From a virus (lineage: Duplodnaviria; Caudoviricetes), in IMG/VR virus record IMGVR_UViG_2894657497_000001, positions 25,820 through 89,819 of that record: a stretch of DNA of 64,000 nt; one strand, written 5' to 3'. The position numbers were made by a program, and so were the translations under genes. Positions 57,325-64,000 of this stretch are shown here, one piece after another (position 1 is the stretch's first letter; every line of letters begins with the position of its first letter). Below the pieces are notes generated by a model, which saw only the letters and a list, made by a program, of their open reading frames with translations, searched no databases and was not told the DNA's origin.

Positions 57325-58035
57325 CTACAGAATAATAGCCACGTCGGGGCATTCGGCCTGCAACCAGGTGCAAATGCGCTTCTTGGCTTCCAGCTTCCAG
57401 GCCGAACCATCCGCCTCAAAGAGAGCCCCCTGCGGCTTATCGGATCCTGACCGCAGCCGGAAGACGAAACTGGACTCCGGCTGCGCGACCTCGGAGAAGG
57501 TGCGAAACGGGGCCAGAGAAACAGGATTAGGTACTTCCGCAGGACCGACCTTGGCAATACCGGTCTTGGCTGTTACTTCCTGGCTAATGCCATCATCAGC
57601 GAACGTTCTGACGTTACCCTCCGAGATGGCGCTGACAAATTTCTGCATGGATTGGACCGCCTCGTTCTGCACAAACTGGCTCAACAGCGAGATCAGGAAG
57701 TCCTCGTGCTCATACCATTGTCCGAACCGGAAGGAATGGACAAACGGGACGGCAACCGCATAGATTTTGCGCTGGACAAAACTGCCATCGAGCTTCGACA
57801 CCAGCATGACCTTGTCGTGGTCCGCGACGTGGAGCATCAGATCGCTCTTATCGAGCCCGTCCACGTTCTCCTTCAGATAGTTGGCCAGACCGGTCAACGT
57901 GTTCATCGCCAGGGCATCAGGGGCAGGATCCAGCACAGGGATAAGCCTCTCCGTCGAGTATTTGCGACCATTTGATTCCACCAGGACGGGACGGGCCATT
58001 TCTTCCACTTTTTCGAGAAAACTTTTGTCAATCAT
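57325..58035 (-). CDS. Conserved hypothetical phage protein
   Basis: TLTGL..Y, DDGISQ, PNPV.L.PFRTF.EV.QP.S.FVFR, LFEADG..W. Confidence 0.85.
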   Translation of the reverse strand: MIDKSFLEKVEEMARPVLVESNGRKYSTERLIPVLDPAPDALAMNTLTGLANYLKENVDGLDKSDLMLHVADHDKVMLVSKLDGSFVQRKIYAVAVPFVHSFRFGQWYEHEDFLISLLSQFVQNEAVQSMQKFVSAISEGNVRTFADDGISQEVTAKTGIAKVGPAEVPNPVSLAPFRTFSEVAQPESSFVFRLRSGSDKPQGALFEADGSAWKLEAKKRICTWLQAECPDVAIIL

Positions 58036-58050
58036 CGGGTACTACTCCTT

Positions 58051-58395
58051 TCAAATTTTGGTTACAGATGCCAGTTTTTTGGTGGCATCCAGGTCAAGCT
58101 GCAATTGGTGGGGGTTACACTCCGTGGCCACGGCTCCCTGCGGAGTACGCCCCACGAACATCATCGTATTGAACGGTTTGACACTCGCAAGCTTCGACCC
58201 GCAATCCACACTTACGTCGCACCGGTCACGATCAGCATTCGGCTTGATTTTTACTTTCAGAGTGATCTCGCGCACACCCTCTGTTGTGTTGAGATCGACC
58301 ACGTTGTCCAGTACCCGCTTAAACTCGTCGTCGAATTTTTCAATCGCGGCCCCCCGCCCCAGGTTCAACAAACTTACAATGTCTTCCTCTTCCAT
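58051..58395 (-). CDS. Conserved phage protein, usual partner of the downstream gene
   Basis: GA..E.F..E..RV..N..D.NT...R.ITL. Confidence 0.8.
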   Translation of the reverse strand: MEEEDIVSLLNLGRGAAIEKFDDEFKRVLDNVVDLNTTEGVREITLKVKIKPNADRDRCDVSVDCGSKLASVKPFNTMMFVGRTPQGAVATECNPHQLQLDLDATKKLASVTKI

Positions 58396-58578
58396 AACAA
58401 CTCTCCTTTCGTTTTTTGGGACAACTAGTGCCCACGCCTAAGATCGCGGATATACTCCCATAAGCCCCAGACCACACACAACAGACCTCCGAAAACAACC
58501 GCCTCAATATTTGATTTCATAATTACCCCCCAGATGCGAGATGGACAGCATCCAGAACAAGCCCAGCCGATAGAATGA

Positions 58579-59031
58579 TCAAACCTCGTGAATCTCCAAC
58601 CCCAGGACCGTCGCCATCAGATGTTTTTTACTGCGATACGTCGGATTTTTGCGAAGGTGCGGCGACTTTGAATCTTCGATCACGAGCCGGCCATCCTGCC
58701 GATAGGTAAAGTCGGCGCGATACCGAAGCTCGGGTTTTTTCCGGCCATCCAGAACCACAGCCGGCGCCAAGACGAACCACACCTGAAGCTTCAACTCGGA
58801 GATCACACCTGCCCGTTCCAGTATTTTCAGGTGGAGATACCGCCCGGCCTCCCGCTTTGAATCGAAAAGGATCCCGTCGACCTCGACCTTGACATTACCG
58901 TGCTTGGATGCCCTCTTTTCCAAAGAGCCCCGGCAGAGCGTCGCACTCTGGCGCTCGCAGCTACGGCAGGTAGGATGGTCAGGAGAATAGGACCGGCCAA
59001 CAGCACAATGCACAGCAGACCCGTTTCTCAT
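58579..59031 (-). CDS. DUF1064-like PD-(D/E)xK nuclease
   Basis: DG..FDSK.EA.RY..L, Y.ADF.Y, IEDSK. Confidence 0.85.
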   Translation of the reverse strand: MRNGSAVHCAVGRSYSPDHPTCRSCERQSATLCRGSLEKRASKHGNVKVEVDGILFDSKREAGRYLHLKILERAGVISELKLQVWFVLAPAVVLDGRKKPELRYRADFTYRQDGRLVIEDSKSPHLRKNPTYRSKKHLMATVLGLEIHEV

Positions 59032-59050
59032 GCGCTACACCGGCCATACA

Positions 59051-59335
59051 TCACAACGGTTCCAGAAACCCGACGTCGCCCAAAGGGAAGTCCAGACGGG
59101 CCGTATCCTGCAGGATGGTGGAAAACGTGGTGACCTTTTTACCGTTCTTGCGGTATTTTTTTTCAAGGGCAGGAGTATTCACGATGAACACTTCTCCCTC
59201 CCGGGCCACGACCGGCAACCTACCATCAAGGAAGAGGTAACAGGAGTGGGATACAGACATGTGCAGGACGTCGGTAACTTCAAAAGGAGCCCACGTCCCT
59301 TTTTTATTTTGCCACTGAATAGCAATTCCAGGCAT
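59051..59335 (-). CDS. Hypothetical protein
   Basis: GGAGG RBS. Confidence 0.5.
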   Translation of the reverse strand: MPGIAIQWQNKKGTWAPFEVTDVLHMSVSHSCYLFLDGRLPVVAREGEVFIVNTPALEKKYRKNGKKVTTFSTILQDTARLDFPLGDVGFLEPL

Positions 59336-59367
59336 GACAACCTCCGGCTAAAATTTATAGATCGGCC

Positions 59368-60729
59368 CTACCATTTTGGAAGATCAGCCCTACCATAGCG
59401 TTGAACATGAGAAGGCTCTGGCTCTTGATCTTGCTCGTTAAAAGGCAATGTGCCCCGGAACGTGAGCGTGTCCCGATCAATATCAATTTCCCAACGCTGG
59501 CCAACCGGGCCGTTGCGGTTTTTCAATAATTTTGCGAACAGCTTGTCGTCCTTGGCCCAGAGCCCCAGCATATAGTCGGCGCCGGCCTCGATATCCCCGC
59601 CGCCCTTTGCCGCATCCATTTCTATCTCGATGCCCTTGGACTGTGCAAAACCACGATGTACTTGCCCGAGAAGGACAACAGGGATGTTCTGCTCTTTCGC
59701 CATACCTTTGAGATCGGCAGACAGAGCCGAAACCTTGTCAAATAGGGTGCGGCCTTCCGCAGCCATGAGCCCCAAGTAGTCGATACCAACACCACCAAGT
59801 TCCCCGTGTTTTGCCCGAGCAATATCGATATAAGCCGACACCTTCTCCACCGATAGCCTGGGCCTATCGCAGACCAGCACCTTGTCGGATTTTCGGCGCA
59901 GCAGGGTCGCGTAGAGGTCTTTCCACAGCTTGTCCCGGAAAGCATCTTCCACGGCCCGACCCTCCAGCCCGCACTGAATCTGGACCTCGCGCTCTACACA
60001 CTTTTCAACCGGCATTTCCAGGGAGCACATAAGCTGACGCAGGCCGGTGCGCTCCGCATTGCCCTGAAGCAGATTTTGGAGAAGCGCAGACTTGAACGTG
60101 CCCGAGTAGGCGATGATGGTCATAACCTCGCCCGGGGCGACCCCCCGGATGGCATTGTCGATCTCTCCAAATCCGGTACGAAAGCGCAAGGAGCCGACCT
60201 GCGACACGTATTTGATGTAGCGCTCCACACGCTGCTCCAGGGTGTAAATATCGCCGGCAGAGGCCGAGTGAGCGCTACCCGAAATATCGGCCATAAGGGA
60301 ACGAGACTCGCTGATGGCATCCTGAAGGTCGCAGTGTTCATCATGCGCCATGTCAATCATCCGCATGGCCGCAGACAACATGCGGCGCTTAAGCGCCTGT
60401 TCGTGGACGATCTTGGCGTAGTGCAGGACGTTGGCCGCTGTCGGGACGTAATCGATCAAGGTGGCGAGATAGGCCGCGCCACCGACCTGATTCAACGAGC
60501 CGTTATGGCGCAGCAGATCGACCATAGTGATCATGTCGATAGGGGCCTTATCCTTGGCGAGATCGAGACAGGCGGAGTAAATGAGCCGGTGCGGTTCGCG
60601 GTAGAAATCATCGGCGCTGATATGGTGCCGGACCTTGTGGATGCATTGGTTATCGACAAGGATGGCGCCGAGCACCGACATTTCGCCCTCGATGCTTTGC
60701 GGTGGAACTTTATGGTTGATCACTGACAT
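59368..60729 (-). CDS. dnaB: DnaB-like replicative helicase
   Basis: PPQSIEGE.SVLG, variant Walker A AYSGTFKS, SLEM, IDYL, KNRNGP. Confidence 0.9.
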   Translation of the reverse strand: MSVINHKVPPQSIEGEMSVLGAILVDNQCIHKVRHHISADDFYREPHRLIYSACLDLAKDKAPIDMITMVDLLRHNGSLNQVGGAAYLATLIDYVPTAANVLHYAKIVHEQALKRRMLSAAMRMIDMAHDEHCDLQDAISESRSLMADISGSAHSASAGDIYTLEQRVERYIKYVSQVGSLRFRTGFGEIDNAIRGVAPGEVMTIIAYSGTFKSALLQNLLQGNAERTGLRQLMCSLEMPVEKCVEREVQIQCGLEGRAVEDAFRDKLWKDLYATLLRRKSDKVLVCDRPRLSVEKVSAYIDIARAKHGELGGVGIDYLGLMAAEGRTLFDKVSALSADLKGMAKEQNIPVVLLGQVHRGFAQSKGIEIEMDAAKGGGDIEAGADYMLGLWAKDDKLFAKLLKNRNGPVGQRWEIDIDRDTLTFRGTLPFNEQDQEPEPSHVQRYGRADLPKW

Positions 60730-61621
60730 TCTCCCAGAATTTCCAATCTTCGAATTTTACCCCGTCAGGAGGGACGATGCCCCGATCACGCGCCTGTTCG
60801 GTGATCTGGATCCAATCGATCTTGCGGCTCACGATCCGGTTCACCCCGCTGACGAGATTGCCCAGGGAAACGCCGTGTTCGACGAACCAGGCGTCGTCAA
60901 CGACCAGCAGATAAGCTGCGTAGGCGACAAGCCGGGAGATCGGGTAGATAGCGAGCAGAGATTTGATATGAGCCGCATCTTTGCCGGAGTAGTGGTAAGC
61001 ATCTCCGTAGAGCTTCTCGAACGACCAGCACCACCAGCGAGTGAACCGCTTATGGTCGGCACTCCCCTCCTTAACCGCATGAGAGCGAGAACGCGGTGCA
61101 GCCGGAGGCGAAGCCGAAGGAGGCGACGCAAATGTTTCCTGTTCCTGTTCCTGTTCCTGTTCCTGGTTTAAAAAGGGTTCCGAAAGGGTTTCGCAAGGGT
61201 TTAAAAAGGGTTCCAAAACGGAGCGATCAACCTTGTTTGTAAAAGTGCTCAACGCCACAGCAGCAAGCCGTTTGAGTGGGGTGGAGTCTGGGATTTGCGT
61301 GAATAATTTTGCAGCGCTCTTGGCCTGATTGGGATTTTCGATTTCATTCCACTTTATGAACTTGGAAATCAGCACCCATTTTGTGGTTGGACAACGCTTT
61401 ACAAACCCTTTAGCAGACAGTTCAGTAAACCCTTTCGTAACCCTTTCGGAAGGCCAATCCAAATCCTCTGAAACATATCCATCAGGAAGTCGGAAACACC
61501 CGATCAAATTTGTGTGAGGGCAGGTGAGTAAGTAAACGGCCAGGAGCTTGCCATCGTCCGACAGACCTTTTATATCGATGCTGGTCCAGAAGGATGTGTG
61601 CAGCTTCCCATAATCTCGCAT
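60710..61621 (-). CDS. Phage replication initiator
   Basis: MRDYGK...FW...YLLT.PH.N..G.F; EQEQEQE linker; adjacent to dnaB. Confidence 0.8.
   Translation of the reverse strand: MRDYGKLHTSFWTSIDIKGLSDDGKLLAVYLLTCPHTNLIGCFRLPDGYVSEDLDWPSERVTKGFTELSAKGFVKRCPTTKWVLISKFIKWNEIENPNQAKSAAKLFTQIPDSTPLKRLAAVALSTFTNKVDRSVLEPFLNPCETLSEPFLNQEQEQEQEQETFASPPSASPPAAPRSRSHAVKEGSADHKRFTRWWCWSFEKLYGDAYHYSGKDAAHIKSLLAIYPISRLVAYAAYLLVVDDAWFVEHGVSLGNLVSGVNRIVSRKIDWIQITEQARDRGIVPPDGVKFEDWKFWENVSDQP
61173..61445. repeat. Iteron-like AAGGGTT repeats (putative origin)
   Basis: Direct copies at 61173, 61184, 61195, 61206 (11-bp phase); inverted copies at 61404, 61428, 61439. Confidence 0.7.
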
Positions 61622-61684
61622 GGCAACCTCGTAAGTGATAACGACCGGGACTTAAAGATGACGCCCCACAATGATGAATTAACG

Positions 61685-61722
61685 AAAAGCCCCCACCCGA
61701 AGTGGCAGCTTCAAGTGGGGGC
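61685..61722 (-). terminator. Intrinsic terminator in the leader of the replication initiator
   Basis: GCCCCCACTTGAAG / CTTCGGGTGGGGGC followed by TTTT. Confidence 0.7.
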
Positions 61723-61847
61723 CTCGTCCAACAGCCGGGAGCGCCCGGCCAATGGAATCTTGAACAAGCTGCCTGCCAACAGCGTGAAAATCAAAGCCTG
61801 CGTTTTTATGGTGACGCAGCCCACCGATACACGGAATAAGAGACAAA

Positions 61848-61878
61848 AACTTACATCGGTCTGTAGCGTATAGCAAGC
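61848..61878 (-). promoter_or_regulatory. Promoter overlapped by the 17-bp motif
   Basis: TTGCTA-17 bp-TAAGTT on the minus strand. Confidence 0.55.
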
Positions 61879-61902
61879 AATTTATTCACCATACGCTACA
61901 GA

Positions 61903-62412
61903 CTAAATCGAATTTGCCAGGGCCAGGACGTGCTTTGAATACTGCTCCGCATTTGCCCCAGCACCATTATAGCGGCGGACAGCCAGCGCGAGCCTTCCGC
62001 CAGATGCGTCGACCAGTTCGTCGAGGATCCGTTCAGCAGAGCGCGTCTGGCTCGACCAGGTGTGCCCCGGATGCCCCCATTGATGAGGCATGATCTGGTA
62101 GGCCCCGATCTCGCCGGCACGTCCACGAGCATGTAAATCAAAACGAGATTCCCGGGCGGCGATGGCTGCCAGCACCCGGGGGTGATCACAGGTTGCCAAA
62201 ACGTCGGCAATTTCAGGGGCGCGATCACCGGCGCCATGCTTACGGGCGAACCGCTCGATTCTTTTGGAAAGGTCAGAACGCGGCTTGAGCAAGACCCTCC
62301 CGGCACGGTTACCTTCGATTTTCTCGGGAGAAACGTGTCGGGCGTAATCTCCAGAGCCGGCTGTTGCTGCAGGGAGTAACAAACATCCCAAAACGATAGA
62401 CAATCGTATCAC
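61903..62412 (-). CDS. Exported SLT-like transglycosylase
   Basis: Signal peptide; AIAARES.F...A.G..GEIG.YQI...RYNG; AGGAGG before GTG. Confidence 0.75.
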   Translation of the reverse strand: MIRLSIVLGCLLLPAATAGSGDYARHVSPEKIEGNRAGRVLLKPRSDLSKRIERFARKHGAGDRAPEIADVLATCDHPRVLAAIAARESRFDLHARGRAGEIGAYQIMPHQWGHPGHTWSSQTRSAERILDELVDASGGRLALAVRRYNGAGANAEQYSKHVLALANSI

Positions 62413-62467
62413 TAGCAATACCTCCTATGAATATTTAATAATTACACATAACTTCCTGTAATTATTA

Positions 62468-62872
62468 TTAAAATGGAATATCGTCGTCTCTAAAAGGCGG
62501 TTCCTCCTGATCACCAGCCACAGATTCGGAGCGCCCCTCATTTTTAGAAGAGAGCATCTGCATCTGCATCCCGACAATCTCGGTCGTATAGCGGTCGGCG
62601 CCGGAGTTGTCCTGCCATTTCCGGGTCTGGATACGCCCCTCGATATACACCAGTGCTCCCTTGGCGAGATACTCGCCGGCGATCTCGGCCAGCTTCGACC
62701 ACAACTGGATGTTGTGCCATTCCGTTTTCTCCTGCTTCTCTCCGGATTTGTCCTTGAACGTCTCGGACGTGGCCAGGGAGAAATTGCAGACAGCAGTGCC
62801 GGAAGCGGTGAAACGAACCTCCGGATCCTTACCGAGTCGGCCTATCAGTATGACCTTGTTCAATGAAGACAT
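62468..62872 (-). CDS. ssb: Single-stranded DNA-binding protein
   Basis: [17 protein letters not shown]...KTEWH...DDIPF. Confidence 0.97.
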   Translation of the reverse strand: MSSLNKVILIGRLGKDPEVRFTASGTAVCNFSLATSETFKDKSGEKQEKTEWHNIQLWSKLAEIAGEYLAKGALVYIEGRIQTRKWQDNSGADRYTTEIVGMQMQMLSSKNEGRSESVAGDQEEPPFRDDDIPF

Positions 62873-62902
62873 ACGGTACTCCTTTCAATCGTTTGGTATG
62901 CG

Positions 62903-63196
62903 CTACAAAGAGCGCGAGTAAAAAAGGATATTGAGCCGAGCGATAAGATCCTCGACCGCATCGAGATCACCCCAGAATGACCGCTTGCCGATTTGATGAA
63001 CACGCAGGTGGCACTCACAGCCACAAAGAGGAACCGCCCGATAGTCGGATACCTTGAGACCGATGGACGAATGACCGGCAGCAGGATGGTGATGAGCATT
63101 CGACGGCCCGAAGCGTCCGCATTTAGCGCACGGCAGAGAACGTATGAATTGCAGGTAAACCTCGTCACGTTCTGCCGTTTCTTTTGGGAATAGCAT
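62903..63196 (-). CDS. DUF968-like HNH-fold protein, leaderless start
   Basis: YL.FIRSLPC..CG...AHH...K.SD..AVPLC..CH...H. Confidence 0.8.
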   Translation of the reverse strand: MLFPKETAERDEVYLQFIRSLPCAKCGRFGPSNAHHHPAAGHSSIGLKVSDYRAVPLCGCECHLRVHQIGKRSFWGDLDAVEDLIARLNILFYSRSL

Positions 63197-63202
63197 TGCT
63201 GG

Positions 63203-63233
63203 AGGATACACAAAGGTGTAGCGCATGTCAAAC
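63203..63233 (-). promoter_or_regulatory. Promoter overlapped by the 17-bp motif; leaderless transcript predicted
   Basis: TTGACA-17 bp-TATCCT; ATG 63196 is 6 nt downstream. Confidence 0.75.
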
Positions 63234-63433
63234 GGTCGCACATTAGGAGCGAACTCTGACCATTTAGACGGGGAATGATCTGATTTAGACGAGCTGAAAA
63301 CAATGCTAGGCTCCAGGTAGAAGAAACTAGGCTACCTAGAGTGAAAGACGGGGGGCTAGAATGATGGCCGCAAAAAAGCGCCCCACACTGCAGGCGCTTC
63401 TTAGACGGCTAAGTTGAATAAGTAGAATCGTGA

Positions 63434-64000
63434 TTAGGAAAACAAACGATCTCTAGAATCGGGGTTTAGATAGCGAACATCCATATTGCGAGAGAGAACG
63501 TACAAGAGCAATGGATCCACGTCCAGGGCAACACCAAGGGACCACAGCTTCTCACCCGAAGTAGTCGGGCCAGACTCTGGATCGTTTTCCAATTGCGACC
63601 AGTAACCAACTGAGACGCCCCAAGGAACTGCGGCCTTAACCATGTCACGCAAAGAATATCGGAGTTGTTCTCGAACAGACCGAATGAAATGCATAAACGT
63701 AGTTGGCTCACATTTTCTAATGGCAAACTTAGGAATCTGTTCCAAGAGATCAGTTCTATCACGGCTTTCGAGAAAAAGGATCAATGGAGAGATCTGCAAC
63801 ACGGCCCCCATCGCCCAGAGTTTATCAATGGAAGCAGACTCCACCTTCATATCTTTTTGGTCGTCAGCTTCCAGTCTGGATATATACACGGCAGATTTGA
63901 TCGGTGAGGGAATGTGTGAACGCTCAGTGGCCCGGCACATTTCTCTGACACCCAATCCCAGGTCGAGACGCCTCTTATGAATCAATTCGCTGAAACTCAT
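63434..64000 (-). CDS. Tandem XRE-type HTH transcriptional regulator (may be 5'-truncated)
   Basis: Two homologous halves: I...R..L.....EM...S..Y.S.LE...KLW..G..L...PL.L...SR. Confidence 0.8.
   Translation of the reverse strand: MSFSELIHKRRLDLGLGVREMCRATERSHIPSPIKSAVYISRLEADDQKDMKVESASIDKLWAMGAVLQISPLILFLESRDRTDLLEQIPKFAIRKCEPTTFMHFIRSVREQLRYSLRDMVKAAVPWGVSVGYWSQLENDPESGPTTSGEKLWSLGVALDVDPLLLYVLSRNMDVRYLNPDSRDRLFS

Larger units (their letters stand above)
7398..63233. repeat. Dispersed 17-bp motif GTTTGnyATrCGCTACA, 22 copies
   Basis: Leftmost coordinates: + strand 7398, 8986, 15416, 30949, 37384, 50552, 53292, 54272, 57124, 57306, 59023, 61884, 62891; - strand 14161, 18947, 22810, 25940, 26393, 33118, 40014, 61862, 63217. 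Confidence 0.95.

Noticed and set aside
7398-63233. 17-bp repeats as a CRISPR array or recombination (att/invertase) sites
   Set aside because: They are dispersed, degenerate and have no regular spacers; no cas or recombinase gene is in the window; orientation follows transcription.
1-64000. tRNA or rRNA genes, integrase, terminase
   Set aside because: None recognised by eye; terminase and any integrase probably lie outside the window. tRNAscan-SE would confirm the absence of tRNAs.

Overview
The window is a 64 kb segment of a contractile-tailed (myovirus-type) phage or prophage, probably infecting a Gram-negative host (inferred from the spanin-like lysis genes). The + strand from 1 to 43.6 kb is the virion module. 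It runs portal C-terminus, MuF-like head protein, a 1.7k-aa polyvalent protein, prohead protease, scaffold, major capsid, neck, sheath, tubes, tape measure with SLT domain, baseplate, fibres and lysis genes. It is interrupted by a minus-strand accessory block (3.9-8.9 kb), a LAGLIDADG endonuclease and a BRO-N gene. The - strand from 43.7 to 64 kb carries RtcB, SbcC/D, radical SAM, HNH, ParB, a C5 methyltransferase, DnaB, a replication initiator, SSB and a tandem-HTH regulator. Four signals stand out. (1) An asymmetric 17-bp motif, GTTTGnyATrCGCTACA, occurs 22 times: 6 copies form the -35 region of sigma70-like promoters and 16 lie in the opposite orientation to local transcription, nearly all at gene junctions (operator/stoperator-like). 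(2) The polyvalent protein has its domains separated by the same [LIVF]xK[SA] motif that is enriched in head proteins, suggesting a protease-processed virion polyprotein. (3) An antisense promoter-sRNA-terminator unit is hidden just after its nuclease domain. (4) There are several recoding or RNA-structure signals: a +1 frameshift, an overprinted methyltransferase beta-like ORF and attenuator-like leaders. All family assignments come from motif recognition by eye; no database searches were run.
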